Of a DNA stretch of 64,000 bases, positions 19,570-27,625 are shown piece after piece. Below the pieces are notes generated by a model. The model saw only the letters and a program-made list of their open reading frames with translations. It searched no databases and was not told the origin of the DNA. The position numbers were made by a program, and so were the translations under genes. The stretch comes from an uncultured Hyphomicrobiales bacterium (lineage in GTDB: Bacteria > Pseudomonadota > Alphaproteobacteria > Rhizobiales > Xanthobacteraceae), in NCBI GenBank assembly GCA_964581435.1, contig CAZOOO010000001.1:3972-67971 (forward strand), given 5' to 3'. Each line of letters starts with the position of its first letter. The first letter of the stretch is position 1.

Positions 19570-20541
19570 TCAATGAGGTGATGAGATTTCTTGCAGGCCG
19601 GGCGCTACTCCGGCTCCAGTCTGGCCGAACCTGCTCGAAGCAGGATATCCACTGGCGCTAATCCTCGGCTGTGTTGGGGCGGTGCTTCTGCGACTTTCAG
19701 CACTGCTGCAAGAACTGGGTCCGATGGCGGCGGGGCACTTAGCGGAGTCTTCCGCCCTTCCCGACAGAGCAGTCGTAGCATCGCTACCGCCCTGCATAAT
19801 TGACCCGGACTCATGGATGCCAAGGCCGTCATCGGAACTGAAGATGGACTCCGGGGCTTGGCCGCAGCCAACCTTAACGGCAGCCGGTTCTGCCAGCGCA
19901 CGCAACGCCAGAGATTGAGAAGCCCATGCGCCGGCCGCATCAATCTCTCCTGCTTCGGACTCCCCAGATTGCTCCGCAGCCATCGACGGGATCACCACCC
20001 CTCCGGTTGCGTTCTGGTCAGGATCATAGCCTTTGGCAGGCTCACGGGATGGAATTTGTTGTTTGTGTCTAGCCGCATCCTGCCGGTCATTGTGGTCACC
20101 AGCTTTCACAAGGCCACGTTGCGCCTGTACTGGCTTGCCCGAACTCCAACGCTGTTCTGTCTCGGCGACAATTTGCAGGACACTGAAACCGCTACCGGAG
20201 CCCTTAGAAAGCGGGCGCGGCCAGAACTGTGAATTGGTTGCCGGTACTCTCCCGGCTGTCACGTCCATAAACTCAGACGTTGCAGGCTGAACCGCGTCAG
20301 CCACGCCTACTCGCAACCCCGTACCGGCGGTAGATCCTCTTACGGGGCCTGTGACCCCAGCCATACCGGCCTTGCCTTCGGTTGCTTTCGCTCGGGATAC
20401 TTTGCTTGAGAAGCAATCCAGCGCGTTAGTAGGGGTGGCGGCCACTGCCGGGGGAACAACAGTGGCCGCCACTTCGTCCATAGGGAAAGGAGTGAAACCC
20501 ATGGGCGAATCTTCGTAAGAAGTGGGCAGGATCGTGCTCAT
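19570..20541 (-). ncRNA. Array of tandem structured RNA domains overlaid by a 323-codon open frame
   Basis: Successive self-closing domains (19588-19714, 19720-19836, ~19850-20004, 20011-20227, ~20240-20362, hairpins 20434-20510); translation is Ala/Gly/Ser/Pro-rich with no recognisable motif. Confidence 0.65.
19588..19714 (-). ncRNA. tRNA-like cloverleaf element (copy 3)
   Basis: Closing UUCUUGCAG/CUGCAAGAA; D-like GUGCU-GAAAGUCGCAGA-AGCAC; T-like GCCGG-AGUAGCGC-CCGGC. Confidence 0.68.
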
Positions 20542-20837
20542 TCAGCAGACTCCGCCTCTGCGATAAGAAACGCTTCAAGTTCATGGTCATGGCGAACCAA
20601 CGCGCTAAGCCAACCAGGAATAGAGACCTCGCTTCGGTCAGACGATCGCAGAATTTGCATGTCCGAAATGGTTACTTCGGCAGGAGCGCCACAGTCATAG
20701 AAGCGCGGATCGGCTAGATAGCTAGCTCCGACCTGACGGACCTCTGGCGTGAAGTCGTAATCGACGGCAAGGACGAAGTCGTGAGACCCACCATTCCCGA
20801 TGTCGATATGAATCTCAGTCTTGGCATGGCACCTCAT
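20538..20837 (-). CDS. Hypothetical phage protein
   Basis: Start MRCHAKTE. Confidence 0.6.
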   Translation of the reverse strand: MRCHAKTEIHIDIGNGGSHDFVLAVDYDFTPEVRQVGASYLADPRFYDCGAPAEVTISDMQILRSSDRSEVSIPGWLSALVRHDHELEAFLIAEAESAE

Positions 20838-20962
20838 CGTGCCACCCCGTAGCGCCAGAGATAATCGACTACCCCGTAGATGCCGGCAGTGATCACGGTT
20901 AGAGCCATCAGCAGTCCGCACAGGGCGAGCATGACAATGAACTCCTTGTCGTCGTCGGTCAT
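20834..20962 (-). CDS. Small single-TM peptide
   Basis: MTDDDKEFIVMLALCGLLMALTVITAGIY... Confidence 0.45.
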   Translation of the reverse strand: MTDDDKEFIVMLALCGLLMALTVITAGIYGVVDYLWRYGVAR

Positions 20963-21069
20963 TAGATGCTTCCGCAGAAGACGTTGGCGAAAAGGGCCAG
21001 CACAGCCAGAAACGCCGTCAGAACAGCAAGATCACGCGCAGCGGTAAGCGTCTCAATGAAGAGATTCAT
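20962..21069 (-). CDS. Small single-TM peptide
   Basis: MNLFIETLTAARDLAVLTAFLAVLALF; GGAGG SD. Confidence 0.5.
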   Translation of the reverse strand: MNLFIETLTAARDLAVLTAFLAVLALFANVFCGSI

Positions 21070-21379
21070 TCTCGCCTCCGAAGTCCAAATCAGCCTCAAC
21101 AGGCAGATGCATAATCGCGGCGAGCATATCGATGGAGAACAGCGTTTCTCCGTCTTCGTCGTAGTATTCAATCCGACCGGCCTCGAAATCGAAGACGATG
21201 TCGCCAGCAGGGATACTGACTCCACTCGCAGGTTCGAAACCGAAAGCCATCCACGTCATATGGTCGACGTCGTCACAGTCTTCCGCTGTTCCAAGAAATC
21301 GACCCATGACACAGATGTCGATCACCTCTTGGCATTCATGAAGTTCAATCGGGGCGTGATGAGCGAATCTGTTAGACAT
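21053..21379 (-). CDS. Acidic hypothetical protein
   Basis: 108 aa, GGAGG SD. Confidence 0.65.
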   Translation of the reverse strand: MSNRFAHHAPIELHECQEVIDICVMGRFLGTAEDCDDVDHMTWMAFGFEPASGVSIPAGDIVFDFEAGRIEYYDEDGETLFSIDMLAAIMHLPVEADLDFGGENESLH

Positions 21380-21647
21380 CAGCAGCCTCCTTCACTTCCC
21401 GGAGAATTGCCTCTCTCGACATGTAGACATGCCGCCGCTCAACAGCCGACTTCATGGCAAGATTGATAATCACCTGACGCTCAGGCGGAATATTTCCGTG
21501 TCGAGCAGCGCGCATCAGTTTCTTGATGCTGGAACGGTCACCAACAATGCACTTGCCGGGAATGAAGTTGCCGTCGCTGTCATAACGACGATGCTTCGAA
21601 ATACGGACGCCGCTAACAGCGTTAATGAGGTGGAAGGGGACTGACAT
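21372..21647 (-). CDS. Hypothetical protein
   Basis: 91 aa, coupled. Confidence 0.6.
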   Translation of the reverse strand: MSVPFHLINAVSGVRISKHRRYDSDGNFIPGKCIVGDRSSIKKLMRAARHGNIPPERQVIINLAMKSAVERRHVYMSREAILREVKEAADV

Positions 21648-21955
21648 TAGCGAGCCTTCCCCAAGCAGTAAGCGTTCATATACCCGTCGAAGGACGACAG
21701 AGCGCAGCCGACGAAGTGCTTCCGATACTGATCAGCCTCAAACTCGTCAGAGAAGACCGCGTAGATCTTACCGTTCTGTCCGATCCGCAGGCGCTCTCCG
21801 GAAAACGATCTGGAGTCGTCGTAGTCGACTTTGAATGAATGCACATTACCGCCGTACACGGCGTAGGGAAGAACCTTCGATCCATCGACCTGGCGGATAC
21901 TCAGAAACTGAGCCGGTCGCCCCTTCCCATACACAGAACCCGTTGCTGTCTGCAT
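21647..21955 (-). CDS. First gene of the PL operon, hypothetical
   Basis: GGAGGGG SD, directly downstream of PL. Confidence 0.65.
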   Translation of the reverse strand: MQTATGSVYGKGRPAQFLSIRQVDGSKVLPYAVYGGNVHSFKVDYDDSRSFSGERLRIGQNGKIYAVFSDEFEADQYRKHFVGCALSSFDGYMNAYCLGKAR

Positions 21956-21977
21956 CGTCCCCTCCGTTGCTGTAGTC

Positions 21978-22030
21978 GGAAATTAATTCCAACAGAAACG
22001 GAAGTCAACATTTATCTGGAAATAAATTCC
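21978..22030 (-). promoter_or_regulatory. PL promoter and OL operators
   Basis: Minus strand TTGACT-N17-TAATTT (22008-21980); palindromes GGAA-ATTAA-TTCC (21978-21990) and GGAA-ATAAA-TTCC (22018-22030). Confidence 0.8.
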
Positions 22031-22049
22031 GAGTTCGTTTAAGGGTAGT

Positions 22050-22299
22050 TTTGCCGCCCCGCTTCGACTTCGGGTGGCTATGCCTCTCACGTTCGGATCA
22101 GAAACGTGCCGTGAGCAGGCGAGACCAGTGCAGGGATGCGCGTCGCATGTCCGACCGCCAATCCTGATGCCGGGACAAAAGCATTGGAATCCATTCGTGG
22201 AATCAACGACTTGGCAAAGTTTCCAACCCCCGGCGAAATTCCTCTCGTCAGACGGTGAACAGTAATGTTCGCACGCGAATACGTTCATCGGAGCGGGGT
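22050..22299 (+). ncRNA. Structured leader/ncRNA upstream of helicase
   Basis: TTTGCC/GGCAAA (22050-22218) and ACCCC/GGGGT (22226-22299) closing stems with internal hairpins. Confidence 0.4.
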
Positions 22300-22305
22300 G
22301 ACCGC

Positions 22306-23895
22306 ATGAACATGATTTTTGCGCCAGAACCCAAGGCCATCAACCTCCGTGATTATCAGTCCGACGCCGTGCAGCAGCTCCGTGAAGGCATCCGTGTCGG
22401 GTGCAGGCGGCAAGTCCTGGTGGCTCCAACCGGCAGCGGCAAGACCGAAATGGCGATGAGCATCGTGCAGGAAAGTCAGCGTAAGGGCGCGACGGCATGG
22501 TTCATCGTGGATCGTATCGCACTGATCGACCAGACGAGCGATCGATTTGCTCAGTACGGGATCGACCACGGCGTCATTCAGGCGGATCATTGGCTGACCG
22601 ACCGCAGTAAGCCGGTGCAGATCGCCAGCGCGCAAACCATAGCGCGGCGGAAATTCACAGAACTGCCAGACTTAATCATCGTTGATGAGGCACATTGTCG
22701 GTACAAATCAACGGCGGACGTCATCGCCCGCGCCAAGCTGGCCAAGGTGATCGGCCTGACCGCAACGCCATTTACCGCTGGTATGGCCGAAGATTGGGAT
22801 GGACTGGTCAACACTACAACCGTCAACAAGTTATTGGCGGATGGGTATCTGGCTCCGCTGAAGATTAAAGCCTGCGTCACGCCGGATATGACGGGCGCGA
22901 AGAAGAAATTCACAGGTGAATATGAGGACGAAGAAGCCGGAACGCGCGGGCTCACCATCATCGGTGACGTTGTTCAGACGTGGATCGAGCGGACGCGGAA
23001 GCATTTCGGCGGGCCAGCCAAGACCATCGTATTCTCGCCATCGGTTGCCCATGGTGCGGAGCTTTGCCGTCAGTTCTCGGAAGCCGGGTTCAATTTCCAG
23101 CAGCTGTCCTATCTCGACGTGGACGATGACGAGCGGCGGGCGAAGATCGCGGAGTTCCGAAGGCCGGATAGCGCCATTCATGGCTTGGTGTCTTGCGCCG
23201 TTTTGACAAAAGGCTTCGACGTTCCTGATGCGCTGGTTGGCATTTCCTGCCGGCCATACCGCAAGAGTTTTTCCAGCCCCATTCAGGAAATGGGCCGGGT
23301 GATGCGAACCGCGCCGGGCAAGGAATATGGTCTGTGGCTCGATCATAGCGGCAACTCCATTGCGTTCGCGGATGATACAGCCCGGCTGTTCGAATACGGT
23401 GTGGACAGCCTCTCCGAGGCTCAGAAGCGCGATAGTGAGGTCCGCGAGCCCAAGGAAAAGACCAAGAACGAAAGGTTCTGCGGTTGCTGCGGAATGCAGA
23501 TGGATGTCGGCACTATGATTTGCGCGTCATGCGGGTGGGAAAGGCCGCAGCGGGGCGGAATCGAGATAGTTCGGGGCGAACTTATCGACCTCGAATTGAA
23601 GGCGTCGGTAGCCTTCAAGCCACGTAAGGGGATGAGGGCTGAGTGCTTGCGTGATCCTTGCGCAATCTGGAACGCCTGCTTGGCATACTGCTTTGAACGT
23701 GGCCGGAAGGGGCCAGATATGGCTCGCAAGTGGGCATATCGGACGTGGAAGGAAATTTATCCAGACAGCAAGTTGCCTCGCGGGCTTTATGACGCGAATT
23801 GCAGCCCGTCCAACGTCACCTACGACCAATACAGTCTAGTTGATCGCGAGGTCATACGGAGCCGAAAATCCTACAAGCGCAAGGGGGCTGCATGA
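22306..23895 (+). CDS. Superfamily II DEAD/DEAH helicase (YejH/RadD-like) with Zn ribbon
   Basis: LRDYQ, APTGSGKT, IIVDEAH, GLTATP, GFDVP, QEMGRVMR, CxxC pairs. Confidence 0.92.
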   Translation: MNMIFAPEPKAINLRDYQSDAVQQLREGIRVGCRRQVLVAPTGSGKTEMAMSIVQESQRKGATAWFIVDRIALIDQTSDRFAQYGIDHGVIQADHWLTDRSKPVQIASAQTIARRKFTELPDLIIVDEAHCRYKSTADVIARAKLAKVIGLTATPFTAGMAEDWDGLVNTTTVNKLLADGYLAPLKIKACVTPDMTGAKKKFTGEYEDEEAGTRGLTIIGDVVQTWIERTRKHFGGPAKTIVFSPSVAHGAELCRQFSEAGFNFQQLSYLDVDDDERRAKIAEFRRPDSAIHGLVSCAVLTKGFDVPDALVGISCRPYRKSFSSPIQEMGRVMRTAPGKEYGLWLDHSGNSIAFADDTARLFEYGVDSLSEAQKRDSEVREPKEKTKNERFCGCCGMQMDVGTMICASCGWERPQRGGIEIVRGELIDLELKASVAFKPRKGMRAECLRDPCAIWNACLAYCFERGRKGPDMARKWAYRTWKEIYPDSKLPRGLYDANCSPSNVTYDQYSLVDREVIRSRKSYKRKGAA

Positions 23896-24033
23896 ATCTC
23901 GACGACGCAATCTGCGAAAGCGCACATCACAAATCGCGAACAGGCCAAACATCGGCGTAACGCTGACAACGTATTCATACCTGAAACAGAAAGGCTTCAA
24001 GGATGTGGCTCTCTAAGCCCGTAACGGTGCCAG

Positions 24034-24996
24034 ATGTCACTCCTTGATGAGAAGCCCATGATGGCCGCGCCGGAACCCCCAATCCCGCCAGACGCCGACT
24101 TACGGCATATGCCGAGTTACATGATCGACGTCCAAGCGCTGCTCGATAGCGACTTGGCGGCGTTCGGCGACCCGGCCGCTAATTGGTACGCGGTGCTGTC
24201 ATGGTGTGCGTCTCTTCATCAAGTCCCGGCCGGGTCACTGCCTGATGACGACTCTGTTCTAGCCTATCTTGTTCGGCTTGGGAGGGACGTTCGCACATGG
24301 AAGAAAATGCGGGACAAAGGATCGCTTAAGGGGTGGGAGAAGCATTCTGACGGGCGGCTTTATCATCCGGTTGTGACGAAAAAAGTTCTGTCGCTCTTAG
24401 AAAAATCAAGAGCAGCAAAGGCTGCAACAGCGGCGCGTGAAGCAAAAAAAAAGGCGCAAGTGCCTGAAAACACTACCTGTGATAATATCGAACGATCATC
24501 TGGCGATGGCCGTGCGATGACGCAGAAAGGTATCAATAGAAGGGAAGGGAAGGGAATAGAAGGGAAGGAAAGAGAAGAGAAGGAAACGGAACAAGATTCA
24601 GTAGCTATCGCTACTGACGCTACCGCGTCGATTGACTACCGACAGAGACTGTTTAGGGAAGGACTATCAAAGCTATCGACGATGACAGGGAAGAACCCGA
24701 ATGCCTGTCGTTCCTTCATCGGTAAATGCCTGAAAGCAGCAGACGATGATGCCGTCATCGTTCTCAGGCTAATCGAAGATGCGGAAAGGAATCGGGTGGC
24801 GGATCCGTCTGCATGGATAGCCGCTAGTCTCAAATCCCGAGGGAAGTTTGGTTCTAGCCCATCCAAAGCCGAGTCGGCCGCCGAAGGTATCAGCGCGTAT
24901 TTCAGAGCGAAGCAGGAATTCCAGAATGAACAATCTCGTCAAAACCAAGTGCTCATGTACGATGGTTCCGAAGGACATCAGATCGGCGGTGATTGA
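24034..24996 (+). CDS. DUF1376/YdaU-like phage replication initiator
   Basis: DLR..P....V..L.DS, HQVPAGSLPDDD..LA, GW....DGRLYHPVV; purine-rich EGKG linker. Confidence 0.8.
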   Translation: MSLLDEKPMMAAPEPPIPPDADLRHMPSYMIDVQALLDSDLAAFGDPAANWYAVLSWCASLHQVPAGSLPDDDSVLAYLVRLGRDVRTWKKMRDKGSLKGWEKHSDGRLYHPVVTKKVLSLLEKSRAAKAATAAREAKKKAQVPENTTCDNIERSSGDGRAMTQKGINRREGKGIEGKEREEKETEQDSVAIATDATASIDYRQRLFREGLSKLSTMTGKNPNACRSFIGKCLKAADDDAVIVLRLIEDAERNRVADPSAWIAASLKSRGKFGSSPSKAESAAEGISAYFRAKQEFQNEQSRQNQVLMYDGSEGHQIGGD

Positions 24997-25576
24997 CTGG
25001 TCAAAGTTCTCCGATGAGATCGGACGCGGCATTTCCGCTAACTGCGCATGGTCTGAGTTGGTGAAAGCTGATGAAGGATTGGCTCGCTGCGAGCGGATGC
25101 TTCAAGCGGCCGAGTCCGAGTCCCGGCCCGCCACGCCAACCGAAATTGACTTGGCGCTCCGCGAATTGATGGCTGGGTATCTAGGCCACGGCAAAAGCGA
25201 AATGGCGGCGTTCGGCGTGGTTTTGGCGAAGCATATCGACGGGATGTCTCCGAGCTATTTTGCGCTCCGCCATGGATGCGAAGCAGTGCTTCTGGAAAGC
25301 AAATACTTCCCGTCAGTGGCGACGGTTTGCCAAGCGATAAGCGGCGTCGAATCCGACGTTCAGGCGCTTCGAGACACCATCAAGCGTCTCCGCGCAGCTC
25401 GGGACAGCATCCAGAAGGTGAAGGACGAATACGACAGGGGAAGGGAAGAAGCGCGGCGGACTGAACGTCGCCATCAATGCTTTGCTGCTATTGAGGCAGG
25501 TGGCGATTTATCGGTATTCGAGCCTGAATTAGTTGAAGGCTGTAAGAGGTGGTTATCACGGGCAGAGCGCGCGTAG
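24926..25576 (+). CDS. Putative helicase-loader/replication accessory protein
   Basis: Follows initiator; SKYFPSVA motif; start ATG 24926. Confidence 0.5.
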   Translation: MNNLVKTKCSCTMVPKDIRSAVIDWSKFSDEIGRGISANCAWSELVKADEGLARCERMLQAAESESRPATPTEIDLALRELMAGYLGHGKSEMAAFGVVLAKHIDGMSPSYFALRHGCEAVLLESKYFPSVATVCQAISGVESDVQALRDTIKRLRAARDSIQKVKDEYDRGREEARRTERRHQCFAAIEAGGDLSVFEPELVEGCKRWLSRAERA

Positions 25577-25641
25577 AAATAACCGCCAACAAAGATCGCA
25601 ACGGGCAGGCCGATAAGGGCGTAAAACTGTAGAAATGTCAT
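25474..25641 (-). CDS. Small membrane peptide in cI operon orientation
   Basis: MTFLQFYALIGLPVAIFVGGYFY. Confidence 0.4.
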   Translation of the reverse strand: MTFLQFYALIGLPVAIFVGGYFYARSARDNHLLQPSTNSGSNTDKSPPASIAAKH

Positions 25642-25696
25642 CGGTCTAATCAACTCAACGCCGCCCGTGGAGTATGGAGGAGTCTCGTTCCCTAAA

Positions 25697-25712
25697 TGTT
25701 CCACGTGAAACA
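25697..25712. promoter_or_regulatory. parS: parS centromere site (chromosomal ParB consensus)
   Basis: TGTTCCACGTGAAACA matches TGTTNCACGTGAAACA; intergenic; degenerate neighbour TGTGCACGTGA at 25714-25724. Confidence 0.85.
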
Positions 25713-25775
25713 ATGTGCACGTGATCGGCGGGGCCTAACAGTCATGATCTTCTCGTGCGCTGATGACGTAGGCGG

Positions 25776-26147
25776 CTAATCCATTTTTCGTAGCAACTCC
25801 ATCAGAGGGCGACCGTTCAATTGCTTGAATGAGGTTCTGTCACCCCACAAGGTGACGCCATCTCCGCTCGGTAGTTTTACTCGAACCTGCCAAGGTCTAT
25901 CCCAGTCGGTAGTGAACGGGCTGCTGATTAGTGCGGCCTCAAGGTCAGTTTCTGCTAATACGCACCCTAAACTTTTAAGCCACCTGTCGTCGCTAGAAAT
26001 GACCGCTTTGGTGGCTTCCTGTAAACTCGAAGGGTAGATGCAGAGGATGGCAGAGCTATCCGTGAGCATTTTTTCAGGGATAGGGGCCGATACTGCCACT
26101 GATGAAGCGAGAGATAGTAGGATTATGCTGAAGGCTATTCTTGTCAT
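25776..26147 (-). CDS. Exported protein downstream of cI
   Basis: Signal peptide MTRIAFSIILLSLASSVAVSA; two Cys. Confidence 0.7.
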   Translation of the reverse strand: MTRIAFSIILLSLASSVAVSAPIPEKMLTDSSAILCIYPSSLQEATKAVISSDDRWLKSLGCVLAETDLEAALISSPFTTDWDRPWQVRVKLPSGDGVTLWGDRTSFKQLNGRPLMELLRKMD

Positions 26148-26196
26148 CTGAAACTCTCTGGCATGGTTCTGACGGCAAATAGGGTGTGATCGGCCA

Positions 26197-26883
26197 TCAT
26201 CGCCGCCTCTTGTCCGCCCCGACCGTTACGTGCGCAACCTGGTACTCGGACTTTTTTAGCGTGAATGCCCGGTGCTCTCCTTTAGGTGGATTGTGCTGCT
26301 CGACATGCCAATGGGTGTCTGTTTCTCGGCGTAGAACCTTCACGCAAGCCCAATGCGAACCATCGGCCCGTTCGCCGCGAAAGATACACGTATCGCCAGG
26401 AACAGGGGTCAGATTTGGGTTAACGTGAGCAACCCAGCCCGGATAGTATTCCGGGATCATTGATGTGCCATCAATCATGACGCCGTAGGGGTCGCGAACC
26501 CGAGCGAGACTTTCAGGTCTGGTGGCGGTTTCAAATGGAATTTGTTCAAGGATAGGCGAGCCCTTGCCGCCGTTCGCAAATCTGTAGAGCGGCATATCTC
26601 CGGATTGTCCCACTGTCGTCAGCACGGTTGGTGTGAATCTGTCCCGAGTCTTGGGCGGTGTGGTGATTGTCGAACCATGTTTTAATTCAGGTTCAGTCAT
26701 GCCGATCGCCTTGGCGATCTCAGCCACTATCGTCCCGCGAGGATTATCAACCTTGCATTTGACGTATTTGGCTAGGTTTTCCAGCAATGATTTATCGTCC
26801 TCGCGGCCCATCTGGCGTGCAAGCTCCGGGATATTCCACCCGAGTTCGTGAAGTCGATTTTGTAGCCGTTCGCCCCAGTGCAT
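26197..26883 (-). CDS. cI: CI-like repressor (XRE HTH + S24 peptidase)
   Basis: GERLQ.R...GW...ELA HTH; GTSM.P (Ser), VKVL (Lys); start ATG 26883. Confidence 0.9.
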   Translation of the reverse strand: MHWGERLQNRLHELGWNIPELARQMGREDDKSLLENLAKYVKCKVDNPRGTIVAEIAKAIGMTEPELKHGSTITTPPKTRDRFTPTVLTTVGQSGDMPLYRFANGGKGSPILEQIPFETATRPESLARVRDPYGVMIDGTSMIPEYYPGWVAHVNPNLTPVPGDTCIFRGERADGSHWACVKVLRRETDTHWHVEQHNPPKGEHRAFTLKKSEYQVAHVTVGADKRRR

Positions 26884-26888
26884 GGATT

Positions 26889-26965
26889 GGAATTTATCAC
26901 CAGGATGTTTTTCCGGTTCGGAATTCGAAAATCCTTGCTTTCGGAATTTATCGGAATTATATTCC
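26889..26965 (+). promoter_or_regulatory. OR operators and PR promoter
   Basis: TTGCTT-N17-TATATT (26935-26963); GGAA-TTATA-TTCC at 26953-26965 plus degenerate copies toward cI. Confidence 0.8.
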
Positions 26966-26969
26966 GAAC

Positions 26970-27221
26970 ATGAGTGAGACATTCCAACCCCGAACCATTC
27001 TTCAAATCATTAAGGCTGCTGGCGGTCCAGGAGCGATCGCTACTGCGTCTAACGGGGCTGTATCCGTCGATGCCATATACAAGTGGGCGCATATCGGTAT
27101 CCCGGATCGTCACTGGGTATTCGTGATGCCGCTAGCCGACGCCTCGGCGGAGGAAATGCTTGCCGCCAATATTTCCGCCCGTTCTTCGTCCCACTCCGCC
27201 GTTTCTGACGGTCCGGCGTAG
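26970..27221 (+). CDS. cro: Cro-like HTH protein, probably leaderless
   Basis: II..AGG...IA.....VS..AIYKW...GIP..HW; divergent from cI; ATG 6 nt after -10. Confidence 0.85.
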   Translation: MSETFQPRTILQIIKAAGGPGAIATASNGAVSVDAIYKWAHIGIPDRHWVFVMPLADASAEEMLAANISARSSSHSAVSDGPA

Positions 27222-27234
27222 CGGATTCCGCCGT

Positions 27235-27531
27235 ATGAGTGCCTTCGACGTCATAGACGAGTTCGGCCTGACGTATGGTCATGGAAGGCTTCTCGTTGCT
27301 TTGGCGAAAGCTGGTAGGTTGGACAAGAAAGGTATCTCCAAGCTCCGTGCTTCTGCTGGAGTCTCTGAGGATACGGTATCCACGCATATCTCCAAGATTC
27401 GGAAGATGCTTTCCGGTCGAGGAATTAGAATCAAGACGGTTCACAATATTGGTTACGAGATGGACGAGGACTCTCGTTCTATCGTTCTCGAAATTCTCAA
27501 TCGCAAGTCTGTCCGAATAGATAGCGAGTAG
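27235..27531 (+). CDS. Stand-alone OmpR/PhoB-type winged-helix (CtrA-CTD-like) regulator
   Basis: VSTHISKIRK.L....I.TV.N.GY. Confidence 0.75.
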   Translation: MSAFDVIDEFGLTYGHGRLLVALAKAGRLDKKGISKLRASAGVSEDTVSTHISKIRKMLSGRGIRIKTVHNIGYEMDEDSRSIVLEILNRKSVRIDSE

Positions 27532-27625
27532 ACACGCGGCATCATGTTTGGTGCCGCGGATAATAACTTGTGAGCGGATCAACCGCTCTGCGTCATCCAG
27601 TGTGTGTGCGTAACGGGAGTAACTC

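Noticed and set aside
19588-19714. Calling the cloverleaf elements true tRNAs (e.g. 8/5 tRNA-Sec)
   Set aside because: No 7-nt anticodon loop, no TTC T loop, no CCA.
24537-24597. GAAGG repeats as an independent repeat element
   Set aside because: They encode the usual EGKG linker of DUF1376-type initiators; may belong to an origin but not demonstrable.
27568-27579. lac operator-like TTGTGAGCGGAT
   Set aside because: Partial match inside a GAGCGG/CCGCTC hairpin with no other vector sequence; coincidence.
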